Positions 12,450-26,564 of a stretch of 64,000 nucleotides of DNA are shown in pieces; within the stretch, counting starts at the first letter, position 1; each line of letters opens with the position of its first letter. The stretch comes from Octopus bimaculoides (lineage: Eukaryota), in the NCBI RefSeq assembly GCF_001194135.2, contig NC_068991.1:43658408-43722407 (forward strand), read 5' to 3'. Made by a program: the position numbers and the translations under genes. Under the pieces are notes generated by a model. It made no database searches. It worked only from the letters and a program-made list of their open reading frames with translations, and had not been told where the DNA came from.

Positions 12450-13400
12450 ATAGCATTGTATCAGGTCTGCATATTCTGCGGGTGAAACTTTGGAGTTCAT
12501 TAGTTGAATTATCAAATTGATTTGGTTTTTATTGAATCTAAATCAATGTAATTCATGATGCAACATGGGTCATTGACTCAGCTTTTAAACTCATCTCTTT
12601 CAACTGCAGATAGTTTGAACAGATTTGGGTGAGGTTGGTCCTGATTTTGTACAGCTTCTTTCACTCCCTGCACCAAAATATCTTTGCTCTTAAAACTCTC
12701 TACAAGGTTTTTGACATAGTAATTGTAGGCATCCACCCAACTACCCTACTTGGTCATAATTGGCTGATTGGGATATTGGATTGTTTTGAATTGCTTTGGG
12801 TAGTGTTTTTTTACAGTAGCAACCATGATGGTAACAAACAACTGCAGGATAGAACACCTTTATTTTTAGAGCACAGTTGTGCAATAAGTGTGAGAAGTGG
12901 GTTACATGGAAGAGCTTATATTATGTAACTTGCAATGTTTTTCCAGCAGCCACGCTATACCAAGCTGCATGAGATAACTGTAGGAGGAACTTTTCTCTTG
13001 GAACTGCCATACTTAGCGAATCATTGATGATCTGAGTGATGACTGCAGCAGTTAGAGCTGATTTGAGTAGCAAACATTCTATTAAGAACGTTTTTTGAGG
13101 ATTTTTAACTGAACAAATAAGTACATTAACGATTTTTTTTGTCATCAATCTCACTTACATCAACATTAAAAAAAAAATTTTTATCAGCCAGGCAGCTCTT
13201 GTGATTTTCAACTGTGTTTGCACTAAGCATATCGACGTATTTTTGGCATGTAGGTTGAGATGACAGTAATTTATTGATAGAATCAAAGGGATTTCTCAAA
13301 TTTGGATTACTGAGTTTGTAGAAAGGAATGTTGGCCTCAAGAAACACTCTGATCACTATTGTGATCACTATTTGTGAATTCAAGGGCTTTTGTCTTGTGA
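12450..13400 (-). mobile_element. Decayed hAT-like (CGGBP1-related) transposase fragment
   Basis: ...ITQIINDSLSMAVPREKFLLQLSHAAWYSVAAGKTLQVTY resembles the 'FNDSL...LLFLSDAAPYMVKAGKAL' segment of CGGBP-type transposases; many stops; boundaries approximate. Confidence 0.5.
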
Positions 13401-13451
13401 CTTGCTTTTGACTTTGGCATATGATTTAAGAATAAGAAAGTCATAATAATC

Positions 13452-14109
13452 TGTTATAGTGAAAATGGTACTCCCCTTCCCATGTGACAAAGTGGTATGA
13501 AGCAGCCACTATAAAGTCAGATAGTCAGTTGTAGGAGGTCAGTAGTAGTAGAATCATTGTAGGAGTTCTTAGTTGGAGTCAGTGTCAGTTACGCGATGTA
13601 TATGAGCTCGACTTACCGTCAAGGTAGATGTTTCAAAGTCATTGTCTTGCGGAGCTATCAGTGATAGCATGATAGATGAGTCAAAGAAATGTAAGATGCA
13701 GAATACTGCCACAACATAATAGTGGCAACAAGAATATTACAGTGCCAACAACAACATTCAAGTGGACCAGGATCCACATTATAACAGTGGCAACAAGGAT
13801 ATAAACAATTCACACGGACAACATTGAACAAAAAGAAAATTTTTTTTCACAAGAAAATAATTCATGTGTATGACGTTAAGAAATTTTTCACATGGAGAAA
13901 TTAAAAACTTGACAGAGGACTAACAAACATTTTTGTTGTGCATATTTTACAAAAAAATCCGTGAAATTATGGAAAACTTGTTAGAGGGTCTAGTTGAGTT
14001 GCAACAACAACAACTCAAAGAACAACAAATGTTACAGCGACAAATGCTACAACTAATGAAGTTGGTAATAAAACTGGAAAATACTTCTGGCCAAGACTCT
14101 CATTTTTGA
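13452..14109 (+). mobile_element. Ty3/Gypsy 5' remnant: LTR, PBS and gag start
   Basis: LTR 13452-13786 bounded by TGTTATA...TATAACA; next GTGGCAACAAGGAT (CpG-decayed TGGCGACGAGG-type PBS); then MENLLEGLVELQQQQLKEQQMLQRQMLQLM at 13969. Confidence 0.7.
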
Positions 14110-17100
14110 ATAGGCAATGTATAATGATACATATATATGTAAAGAGGTAAACATAAATTTCCCAACATGATCATTAAAAACATTTAATTAATTTATTTGA
14201 AAATAAGAAATTTTTTATTCTTAATAGTTTGGCCGATGCCAGTACCACCTGACTGGCACACATGCCACTGGCACTTAAAAAGCATCATTTGAGCATGGCT
14301 GATACCAGTGCTACCTGAATGGCACCCATGCTGATGGCATGTAAAAAGCACAATTTGATTGTGGCCAGTGTTGCCTGACTGGCTCTCATGCCAATGGCAC
14401 GTAAAAAGCACCCACTATACTCCTGGCGTGGTTGGCACTAGGAAGGGCGTCCAGCTGTAGAAACCTTGCCAAATCAGATAGGAGCTTGGTGCAGCCTCCT
14501 GGCTTGCCAGTTCTCAGTCAAACTGTCCAACCCATGCCAGGATGGAAAGCAGATGTTAAATGATAATGATGATGTATCTTAATAAGTTAACTAAGTGACT
14601 CTAACAATCCTGTTGAGAAATGTGTGTTTGTGTATATGCTTACATACAGACACACACAGACAAAATAATAATATTGCTGTCATGAATTATTACCAGAGCT
14701 AGAAAAGAAGTTTCAAATATGGAAGCAAGGTCTAGAATCGAAGGGCCTTAGAGTTAACCTAGCAAAAACCAATTTAAGCCCATGAGACCTTATTGAGTAA
14801 GATCATCTGGCTTGCTTTCAGTTTGAATATGAGTCACAAAGCTACGATACTATTTCAACTTTAAAATAAATTTTTAGCCCTATGCTCCAAAGCATTAAAC
14901 AGATTAGAGATAATCGTTCTTTTTTGTGTAGAACTCTAATCTTTTGTAGTTAACACTCCCAGCAGATTTGGCACCCATTTCCCAAAATAGATCAACTGAA
15001 TTTTACAATATGCTTTTGTTTTATGCTCTCACTCAGTCTGGAAGATATATAAAGCATATATAAACACAAATAGTAACATTACTTCATTTGCTCTAAATAC
15101 AGTAATGGGATGCACAGCAAGTGTATAAGAACAGCAGCTGTTACTTGGACTGAGTTCACTTTGCCCATATCCTTTGTAATCATCACAAGAACTTAATCAT
15201 ACAAATGAACAATCAAAGAGGCCTGTACTTGGTTGTTCAATCTTTTGGAAATAGCATCCAAATCTCTCTGAAATGACTTTCTACTATCTTAGAAAAAAAT
15301 GCACATGTTAGATAATGTGGCTCTGAATACATTGTGACTAGGAAATGGACAGGATGGTCATGGTTGGGATGCCTTTAATAATAGGTTTGCTACGACAAAC
15401 AGTCCAAAAGCAGTGGGGCTGCAGAGTTAAAAAAAGCACAACATATCTTGAGTGCACAGTGTAGGCCTCAACTATAAAGAGGTTGGGTATATTTGGAATA
15501 CTGATCTGTTGATTGAAGCTAGTCATTAAAATGAATACATGTCAAAGGTTTGTATAATCTGTGTCGCAGCAACTAGGTATCTTTTACTTGTGGCCATGTT
15601 GGGGCACCATCTCAAAGGGTTTACTTGAACAAATCCAAGTACTTATTTTTTAAAGCCTGGTACTTATTCCATTGGTCTCTTTGGCAAGCCACTGGGTTAC
15701 AGGGATGTAAATAAACCAACACCAGCAACCAAATGGTTGGGTGGAGGACAAACACAAAGACACACACACACACATACAACGAGCTTTCAGCTTCTGTCTA
15801 CCAAATCTGCTCACAAGGCTTTTGTCAGCCCAGGTCCATAGTAGAAGACATTTGTCCCAGGTACCATGTAGTGGGATCAAACCTGGAATTATGTGGTTGG
15901 GATGCAAATTTCTTACCACACAGCCCCCCTTGTGTCTAAACGCTAGTATATGTAAATTTAGGTGTAATTAGAAATATAACAAAAGAATTACATCAGCTGG
16001 AGTGAATCATTATTCATGAATAGGAAAGACAATGCCATTCATGTCCAGTAAGCTTTTTATCCTCCATATTTAAGTAATGTTATATCTTTTTACCATTATA
16101 TTTTCTTGTTTTACTGATATTTTTTTAATAAATGTTAACTACAGTATTGTCTCTTAATGTTTATCATTTTACTTCTCATGTTTAAATCGGTTGTGCAGGT
16201 CTTTTTCTAGTACAGGCTCTTGCCAGTTGCTGCAGTCTTTTCTTATTCTATTTGTAAGGATCAACCTATTGAATCATCTTTCACCATTTCTTCCCATATT
16301 TTCTTTGGTCTTCTTCTTCAGTGGATTTCTTCCACTTGGCTCAATTAGCACTCGTTTACTCAACTATTTATGTAAAACTGTGTATATGTATATACATGCA
16401 TCTGCTGCATTACAGTTATACCTCCAGTTACGGAATTTCACACTTACAGAAATTGTAAAGTATTACTGTTTATTCTAGAATATGTCTGTAATTTTACCCT
16501 TTCAGAAACTTGGATAAATTTTAACAATTTAAAAATTCACTTTCTTCTTATCCCAAAGGCTGAGTTAATTTGAGAAATTATAATCACAATACATGCATAC
16601 ATATACATACACAAACATGCATATATCCTGATACATACACACACACACACACACACCCCTTCAGTACCAACACAACCACCAGCAACAATAGCTTGAACTT
16701 AGAATGGTCATAGCTGGAATGTTTTTCATTATAAGTCTACTTACTCATGGCTAGCCTGGAGTTAACAACAATAACCGTTGATGTGTGAAGTAGTTTCCTT
16801 TACTATTTGAATAAAAGCAACTTTTTCTTACATTGGTGCATTATGTATGAGGAGAAGAAAAGTTGATAATATTACTTTAACTCTTTGGCATTTAAACTAG
16901 CCAGATTTGACCCAAATATTCTACCTATTTTATGTACAAACTGGCCTGCTTTTTAGCCTCTCACATCTACCCCATAATATCATTCTGAAAATAAACAATT
17001 ACATCATCAAAATCTCAAAGCTACAAATAATGCATCATTAATTATAAATGCATGTGTGGCTGTGTGGTAAGAAGCTTGCTTCCCAACCACATGGTTTCGG

Positions 17101-17809
17101 GTTCAATATCACTGTGTGGCACCTTGGGCAAATGTCTTCCAATATAGTCTCAGGCTAATTAAAGCTTTGTGAATGGCTTTGGTAGACAGAAACTGATAAA
17201 AGTCCATTGTGTGTGTGTGTATGTGTATAATATTATATAGGTAGTTAGGGTAAATCCCAGCTGTTTCTTCTTGAAGCACATCTGCTTATTCCATTATTAT
17301 AATCAATATGTATCCATAGTTACTGTTGTATGTAAATTGAACACATTAAAATGGAGAATTATGGAAATATTATTTGCAGTGTTGTTGAATAACAAAACTG
17401 GAAAATGGAAATAATTTGGTATTATTTATTCTCCTATTAGAAATTCTTTATATGTCTATATAATGTGTAAACCTTTGTAATTCCTATTAGCAAAAGAAAC
17501 ACATTTAATGGAGAATAAATAATAGCAAATTATTTCCATTTTCCTGTTTTGTTTTATGTGTTTGTGTTTGTCCCTGACCACCACTTGACAACCAGTGTTG
17601 GTGTGTTTACATACTTGTTATGTAGTGGTTTGGCAAAAGAGACTGATAGAATAAGTAGCAGGCTTTAAAAAAATAAGTACATTCAATAAACGTTTTGCAT
17701 GGCTGCAGTCTAATGACTGAAACAAGTAAAAGAATTCAAAACAATGTGAATAAATAAGCATTACATCTGACAGTAATCTGAATGCTAAAGAGTTAATTAA
17801 GCTAGTTTG

Positions 17810-18108
17810 TTGCCAGTTCCACTGGACTGGCTCCTGTGCAGGTGGCACGTAAAATACACCATTTTGAGCGTGGCCATTGCCAGTACCTCCTGACTGGCCT
17901 TCGTGCTGGTGGCACGTAAAAGTACCCACTACACTCTCGGAGTGGTTGGCGTTAGGAAGGGCATCCAGCTGTAGAAACTCTGCCAAATCAGATTGGATCC
18001 TGGGTGTAGCCATCTGGTTCACCAGTCCTCAGTCAAATCATCCAACCCATGCTAGCATGGAAAGCGGACGTTAAACGATGATGATGATGATGATGATGAT
18101 GATGACGA
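17810..18108 (+). mobile_element. (GAT)n-tailed SINE-like element, relatively young copy
   Basis: GAGTGGTTGGCGTTAGGAAGGGCATCCAGCTGTAGAAAC motif, retained CpGs, (GAT)n tail; related copies near 14400-14575, 25070-25260, 28400-28710, 32820-33050 and 34075-34330. Confidence 0.8.
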
Positions 18109-18289
18109 TCAAGCTATAGAATTTACATGTGTATATCAGTGTGTAGGTTAGGCATATTTATGTGTATTTGGACTACCCTTTTATTTTAATTACTCACAAT
18201 GCGTTCACATGATGAAATGCTTTGTTAGAATAAATTAATTTTTTAATTTAAACTCTATGCTATATGACAGAGGTGTGTAATAATTGTTT

Positions 18290-19200
18290 CTGATTTAGGG
18301 ACATGGACAGAAATTTTGAAGGGAGAGCATTAGTCAATAATGTCAACTCCCTTTGCACTTGGCTGGTACTTTATTTTATTGACTCTGAAGAGATGAAAGG
18401 TAAGGTTGACCTTGGCTGTATTTCAACTCAGAATGTGAGAAACTGGAAAAATATTAATTCTAAAATTCACCATCCTAATAAAAATATAATAACAATTCTT
18501 TCAACAATTGGCACAAGGCCAGAAATTTTGGTGGAGGGGCAAGTTGATTACTTCAACCCCAGCATTCAACTGGTACTTATTTTATTTAATGTGTCTGAAA
18601 GGATGAAGGGTAAAGTCAACCTTGGTGAGACTTGAATCAGAACATAAAGCTGGAAGAAATGCTGGCATGCTAACAATTTTGCCAGCTCACTGCCTTTATA
18701 ATAATAATAAGAAAAAACAATAATAATAATAATAATCCTTTCTTTTATAGACACAAGGCCAGAAATTTTGGGGGAAGGGGCTAGTTGATTATACTGACCC
18801 CAGTACTCAACTGGTACTTATTTTATCAACTCTGAAAGGATGAAAGGCAAAGTTGACCTTGGCTGAATTTGAACTTAGAACATAAAAGATGGATGAAATG
18901 TCACTAAGCATGTCTTCCAATGTTCTAATGATTCTGCCAGCTTACTGCCTTTAATGACAATAATAATCCTTTTTTACTAAAGGAACAAGGCCTAAAATTT
19001 TGGAGGAGGGAACTAGTTGATTATATCAACCTCCAGTGTTTCAGTGGTACTTAATTTATCGACCCTGAAAGTATAAAAGGCAAAGTTGACCTTGGCTGAA
19101 TTTGAACTTAGAACATAAAAGATGCGTGAACTGTCACTAAACATTTTTCCCAATGTTCTAATGATTCTGCCAGCTTACTACCAATAATAGTAATAACAAC
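18290..19200 (-). mobile_element. Four head-to-tail copies of a tRNA-derived SINE with a Nin/Deu-like domain
   Basis: Repeated ~220-bp unit (rc: ctggcagaatcattag...gttcaaattc...gtcaactttgcctttcatcctttc...aagtaccag) separated by (AAT)n runs. Confidence 0.8.
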
Positions 19201-19231
19201 AATAATATTAATAATAATAATAATAATAATG

Positions 19232-19281
<50 letters not shown>

Positions 19282-19292
19282 AATAATAATAA

Positions 19293-20685
19293 TGTATGCA
19301 AGCATGAAAGAGAAGATCAGGAAGAAATGTAATAGGAGAGTTTGAGCAGTTCCGAAATCTGAGCTAAATGCCCATAAGGTGTTAGCCATAAATTCCTTAG
19401 CAGTTCCAGTTGTTATTTACAGATTCAATATATTGAACTGGTATGTCAATGAAATAAAGAAAATTGATAGAAGAATTCATAAGCTGCTGACTTGTAATAA
19501 AATACTTGCATTATCTTTACCTTCCTAGAGCTCAAGAGGTCAAAGCTTGATCCATTTTGAACTTTCTTACACAACCACTACATTTGGACTGGCCAAATAT
19601 CTTGAAACAACTAACAATTGGATGCTAAAACACATTGAAAATCATGAAAGGCATAAGAAGCTTCATTCTGCCTTGAAGGAGAGCAAAACCTTTGTTATTG
19701 ATTTCATGAATGATACCCAGGCTGAACAGTCTGGGGGAATTGTGGCAACTGTTATTGCAAAAAAAGTAAAATTAATGGCAAACAAAAATATGCATGAACA
19801 ATTGGCTGGTAGGCGGGAGCAGAAATCTCTGCATGGCAAATATGTGGCCCATAGCAAACAAGCTGACATTATCCAGAAATATATCCATCAGTGGCTACAA
19901 AGCTAAGACAGAGAATGAAGGCTTAATTTTAGTTGTTCAAGATCAAAGCTTAATGACCAGGAACTATGAAACCAATGTTATGAAAAAGAGAGTGAATCCA
20001 AAGTGCCAAATCTGCAATGATAAGGTCAAAGTTTTAGCACCAGAAGAGTATAAGTCAAGACTTGACAGAATTGACTAATATCTACATTGGTTAATATATT
20101 GGCTTTATAAAATCAAAACAGGTTGTAACTGAGGGAAAAAATGTAATGATTTTTTTGACTTTCCAGCACGTACAAACAGAACCATCAAAGGTAATAAACT
20201 GGATATTGTTGTAAAAGATCAAAATAATAATGTCTGTTTATTGATCGACATGAGTATCCCATGTGATCATTATGTTTCAGCAAAAGAATTTGACAATCTC
20301 AGAAAATATAAAGATTTGCTCATTGAAATCAAAAAAATGTAGCATCTTAAGGTGCTTACAATACCAGTGATTGTAAGAGCACTAGGAATGATAAAAAAAG
20401 GAACTGAAAATTATTTGAGAATGATCTCTGACTTACCATCCCTGCAAGAATTGCAAAAGATTGTTCTAAGTGCTGTGTCATACATATTGAGAAGAGCATT
20501 GCTTCTGTGAGACCGATTATCATCCATGTAGATAATTTTTTCTACATAACTTTATTTGGTTTTGTAAATGGACAATCTGGTGGGTTTATTTTAATGGCCT
20601 ATCAATGTATACAGTAAGTATCTTTGCCCTAGGTGTCAGGAATACACTTGGCAAAACATGGTAACAAAATTAATAGAAGAAAAAC
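19293..20685 (+). mobile_element. 5'-truncated R4/Dong-clade non-LTR retrotransposon (restriction-like endonuclease type)
   Basis: TENEGLILVVQDQSLMTRNY...PKCQICND, then GNKLDIVVKD...LLIDMSIP...KYKDL...IPVIVRALGMIKK...LQELQKIVL...ILRRALLL* (stop 20510); (AAT)n microsatellite on both sides. Confidence 0.8.
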
Positions 20686-21353
20686 TAATAATAATAATAA
20701 TGGTTTCAAATTTTGACATAAGGCCAGCAATTTTCAGGAAGTGGATAAATCAATTATATCGACCCCCAGTGCTCAACTGGTACTATTTTATTGACCCCCA
20801 AAAGACAAAATGCCATTAAGCATCTTGCTCAGTGATTCTACCAGCTTGCTGCCTTACTCATAATAATAGTAATGATTTCTTTATTAACCACTAAGGATTC
20901 ACAAAAATGAACACCTCAAATTTATAATAAAGCAGCTTGGGCAGAACAATAGGTCTATGGAAATTAAAACAGAATTAGTGTCAGTTAGGAGCGTGAAAGC
21001 ATGTATGAAAGATGTGTAGAGTTAATGTTATATATTCAAAGAAAGAATACTAGGAAAGTTCAAGGACTCTGGTTAATATTCAGCCTGATATTTGAGCCAG
21101 TTTACAAGGATGTGCTTTATCTTTCACTTAAAAGGCTTTATCTTGAATACTGTCAAACGTTTAGAGAATTTAGGCAGTATTTTTAATAACTGTCCCAATT
21201 TCATCAGTATCTTCTATTATTTTGTCAAAGACAAATGAATTTCTTTCTTTATATAGTGTAAGCTAAATTTTAGAAATGTAGCCCATTATTTTCTGAACAT
21301 CTTTAAATTTTCAGAGCATGACAATTTTTGTTTCTGTGTTACATCATGCTTAA

Positions 21354-21578
21354 CCCTTTCGCATTCAGGTTATCCTATCAGATATGATATTTATTTATTC
21401 ACATTGTTTTGAATTAATCAAATTGTTTTGAATTAATCTCATAGCTTTGAGATTTCAGTAATGTGATTGTTTATTTTTAGCATGATATTGTAGGGTAGAT
21501 ATGAGATGCCAAATCTAGCTGGTTTGAACATAAAACAGAATATTCTGAGTGGATATGGCTGGTTTAAATGCTGAAGGG
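21354..21578. mobile_element. piggyBac-type MITE with TTAA TSD
   Basis: TTAA|CCCTTTCGCATT ... AATGCTGAAGGG|TTAA; a partial reverse copy lies near 16876-17050. Confidence 0.75.
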
Positions 21579-23544
21579 TTAATGTTAAAAAACAAAAGGA
21601 TTGGTTTTGAGTATCAATAATAAGAGTTTAAAAAAATATTCTTGCATCCACTTTTCTTTATTCAATATATTTGGTCATCCAGTCTTTTACAATGGCTTTT
21701 ATTATTCACAGCTAGTAAATCACCAGTTTTTGTTTTATAATGGGTTACATATTATATATGATAGTTTGGATATCCTAGTTGACTGGATATTGGACAGCCA
21801 ATCAAGAAGTTAAAGATTCATATCTGGCCACTGGCATTACATATCCTGCTACCAGGACTCTTAATTTTCATTCTAGTTGTTACACACATGGGGAATATTA
21901 AGCCATATGTATTTTGTAATATAAATTAGCAATTTTCATTTTATTAATGATCTTCCACCATGTAATCCTCCATGATACAGAAGTATATTCTGTAGCTGTA
22001 CTAAATATTACTAATAACTGAGTTTGAAGTACTTAATTTTGATTCCATAATCAAATCATTTTAACAAGTGTGTGCTATTAGTTAGCAAAATAAGAACAAT
22101 CTCATCATCAAGGTTAATATAAAAAATAATTAATTTTAGTTCATATTAATCAAGATATTTCAGAGTCGTATCATATTGTGGACTGACAGGTCCACAGTAT
22201 GCATAAAGTGAGAAACACCATACACATAGTCAAATTATAAGGTTCAAAATTTGTTTTATCTGATAAAATGCTTTTACTGAAATAAAGTCTTATGAATCAG
22301 ATGTAACACTGTATAATGTAGAGTTTGTAAATGGCAAAACTGGCTTAGATGCTATAAAGTTTTATAAACACATTTATGAATAATGATAACATCATTAAGT
22401 GTTTGGCTTTGAAAGAAATCTAATGGATTGATCTACAGCTTATTGTAGTTCATAGGGAGTGGCAAAGATATTTAGTGATTCAGCTCTTGAATTTTGGAGA
22501 TCAATTGACAAAAAGGATTGCAACTGCAACTTCTGGAGGATTGTTCCAGTATTTGGTGGTGAATACAGGGATTTTCTGTTAAGTCAGCTATTCTATCAAC
22601 AGTGCATGTACAGGAGATACTAGAACTCTTGGTTAGTTTTGTATGATTTATGTGTATTTTGTAATGTACTACACATGCAACATGTTTCCATGCAAAACAT
22701 TGAAACTACGTTTCTTCTTAGTCATAATTTCATTGACTGCATTGATTCTGTGAGCCTTTATTTTTCATTTATATGCAATTTGTTTGTAATTTTTATGATA
22801 TTCCAAGGATTTGTTGCTCAAATTAGCTGTTTGTTCATTCCATTATAGATTACTGCTGATAATAACAACTTCGAATTTCATTTTTATAACCAATATGCTA
22901 CACGCGGTGCATTAATTGAGGTTTATTTCACCATTTAGTCTGGGGAACACTATTTTTGCACTCCTTGTTGATTTAAATACCAACCATCAGTCATTTCAGT
23001 CTTTCTTTTGTGTTGAAATATCTGGTCAGGATATCTACTGTAAGGTTAAACTCCTCTGTTGATTCTATTGGTGAAGATACTGTAGAGTTATCAATATATA
23101 GGCACTGCTAGTTATCTGTAAAAGCTGAAAATAGAAGCGGATTAAGTATAGGACCTTGTGAATCTGATACATTGATAGGTGAAAAACCAGAAAGCACACT
23201 TGATACATATAGATGTAAATAGCTCTGCAACTGGCTTCTCTACAGTTCTTTGAATTTCAGCTTAGCATAGTCCATTTTATCTAAAGTTGTATCGATGTCC
23301 AGGATTGTTAAATGTTTCTTGACTTATGTCCAAGTAACTCCAAGTAACTGTTCTGTCTGGGATAGTGTGGTGAGACAGATTGTACTACTCAGAAGATAAA
23401 GTGCTTAATTTGAGATTATTTTTGGGCAAGTTGTCTTACAGTTGCATATGGACTACTGATTCCATTATTTTGATGATTCTAAGTAGACATAATGAATATA
23501 AGAAAAGAAGTTTCTTCCCACCCGTGTAGTTTCAGATTCAGTTC

Positions 23545-23610
23545 TACTGCATAGCACCTCTACTGAATAGCATCTCTTACTGCATAGCACCTCTTACTGC
23601 ATAGCACCCC
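23545..23610. repeat. Four tandem copies of a 16-17-bp unit inside a SINE
   Basis: (tactgcatagcacctct) x ~4, amplifying the SINE segment ccactgcatggcacc. Confidence 0.75.
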
Positions 23611-25479
23611 TTCTATATGCCTGGGCCTATCAAAGTCTTGTGGATAGGTGTGGTAGATAAAAAAAACTAGAAGAAACTCAGTGTTTGTATGTGTTTACAT
23701 ATTCTCTGAATATCACGAGCTGATGCTGTTGTTATTTCTCCTCAAAGAGGTGAAATGAGAGATCCCTTATGTAGAAAACAGATAAGAGTTAGTGATAGGA
23801 AGGGTATCTGGCTGTAAATAATGCCTCGGCAGTGCATTCATCTCAGCTTTGCTAGCATGGAAATATGAATATAAAAATGAACAAACTAGCAATAATATTC
23901 AGTGATAGATAACAGAGTGAGAATTCAACTAAGGCTTGTTACCTGCCTGGCTGACAGTGCCTATTGTTCTGGATTAGATAAAATAAATATCAAAGTTGAT
24001 TTAATCAATGTAGTCCTTCCTTTTACATAAAATGCATTTGTGCTTGAAGTTAATTTCAATATATTTGCATGCATATGAAGGCATGTGGCCTAGTGGTTGG
24101 GGTGTTGCATTCCTGAATCGAGCAGCGTGTTGTGTTCTTGATCAAAACAATTTCATTTCATATTGCTCTGCAATCACTTTGACATCTGATATGTGGTACA
24201 CCTTGCACTTGTACAGGTAATGTCAATTTGATGAAGGGAATGTGCTAATGTGCAGCACCTAATTTTAATCACTATGAAACAGATCATCTGTGCAGGTTGT
24301 TCAGACCTGAGAAACTACCATTATTTGCATGTATGAATGTACATATCATCATTTAACATCTATTTTCCATGCTGGCATAGGTTTGATGGTTTGACCAGAG
24401 CTGGTAAAGCCAAGGGTTGCACCAGCCTCCATTTTCTGTTCTGACATGGTTTCCATGGCTGGATGCCTTCCTAATGCCAACCACTCCACAGAGTTTACTG
24501 GATGCATTTTATGTGACACCAGCTCCAGTGCTTTTAATGTGACATCAGTATAAGTGCTTTTTATGTGACATCAGCACCACTGCTGTGGTGGATGGATCTT
24601 CTTGAGTAGAAAAACATTGTACATTTTTGCATCTATTTTGTATTTCAGCCTGAGTTTGCAAATTTTGATCTTTTCATATCACTAGGTGAATATTTCATTA
24701 GTGGCTACCCTTTTTACTGTAAGCCTAATAGCTGCCAATGAGAACACACTGTGTTTACAGAAAGGTTTCGACTGCCATATGGTTAGTTATTCAGTTTCAT
24801 AGCATTGGACAATACCTTGCAGTTCTGGTTCTTAACATTCTGGTTTCAAATCTTGCCAAGCAACTTAGCCTTTCTTTCAATTACTTGTGTTGTGACTTAG
24901 TGGTTAGGGTGTTGGACTCATGATCGTGAGATTGTGATTTTGATTCCTAGACCAGGCAATGCATTGTGTTCTTGAGCAAAACATTTCATTTCACATTGCT
25001 CCAATCCATTCAGCTGACAAAAATGAGTAATCTTGTGATGGACTGATGTCCCATCCAGGTCATCATCATCATCACTTAACATCCATTGTCCATGCTGGTA
25101 TGGGTTGGTCAGTTTAACCAGGGCCGGCAATTTGGAAGGCTGCACCATACTCCAGTCTGTTTTGGCATAGTTTCTACGGCTGGATGCCTTTCCTAACACC
25201 AACTGCTCCAAGAGTGTAATGGGCACTTTTATGTGCATGGCACCAGTATCTGTCATGACTACAGTTTTACTTGACATAATGGGTTTTACTTGGCTTGATG
25301 GGTCTTCTTCTCAAGCACAACATAATGCCAAAGGTATGCTAGAGGTCTCGTTTATTGCCTCTGTGAGGCCCAACACTTGAATGTAGCTCAACCACTTTGC
25401 CTCTGTGAGCCTCAACACACGGAAGGTGCTTTTTATGTGCCACCTGCACAGGTGCCGGTTACGTGACACCAGCATCAGC

Positions 25480-26380
25480 CACGACTATGATTTCATTTGG
25501 CTTGATGGGTCTTCTCACCCACAGTATATTGCCAAAGGTCTCAGTCACTAGTCATTGCCTCTGTGAGGCCCAAAGTTTGGAGATCATGCTTCACCACCTC
25601 ATCCCATATCTTCCTGGGTCTNNNNNNNNNNTGCTTCACCACCTCATCCCATATCTTCCTGGGTCTACCTCTACCACAGGTTCCCTCCACAGTTAGGGAT
25701 CGGCACTTCTTTACACAGCTGTCTTCAACCATACACATCACATGACTATACCAGTGCATTCATCTCCCTTGCACACCACATCTGATGCATCTTATGCCTA
25801 ACTTTTCTCTCAAGATGCTTACACTCTATCAAACATGCACACTGACACTGCACATCCAGTGAAGCATACTGGCTTCATTTCTTTCAACAGCCCATGTTTC
25901 ACTGCTATGTAGCATAGCTGTTTGCACACAGGCAATCTGCCTTTCATTCTTAGAGAAAGGCCCTTTGTTGCCAGCAGAGGCGGGAGCTCTCTAAACTTTG
26001 CCCAGCCTAATCTTATTCCAACAGCTACACTCTCAGAGTATCCACCTCCACTACTAACTTGATCACCTATATAACGGAAGCTATCTACTACCTCTAGCTT
26101 ATCCCCATGGCAGTTGATGGAGTCTATTTTCTGTACATTTTTGGTGTTTATTGTACTTGTGCATCTATCACACACAAAAGCTATTTTCCCTGTTAACCTT
26201 CCTCTGATATTGCACCTTACAGAGTTACTACCTACACCTTTTCTACAGATTGAGCAGGGCCATCTACCTGAATGGACTTGTGATTTGTCTGCCTTCCTAC
26301 GTACTAAGACTTTGGTTTTTGCTAGGTTAACCCTAAGGCCTTTCGATTCAAGACCTTGCTTCCATATCTGAAACTTCTTC
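25480..26380 (-). mobile_element. RTE-clade LINE 3' fragment
   Basis: KLEVVDSFRYIGDQVSSGGG...WAKFRELPPLL; WYSHVMCMVEDSCVKKCRSLTVEGTCGRGRPRK. Confidence 0.85.
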
Positions 26381-26564
26381 TTTATTTCTGGTAGTGATTC
26401 AGCTATAAGAACACCAGGTAGGGAATATATATGCCATGAAACTGGGAAACCAACCCTTATGAGTCAATATGACTTGAGAAAGTAACTTTACCTTACCTAG
26501 TGGCATTGATTAACCTTCTGCATTTAAAATTGTTGTTCTTGTGTTTAAATCAGCAACCAAGGTA

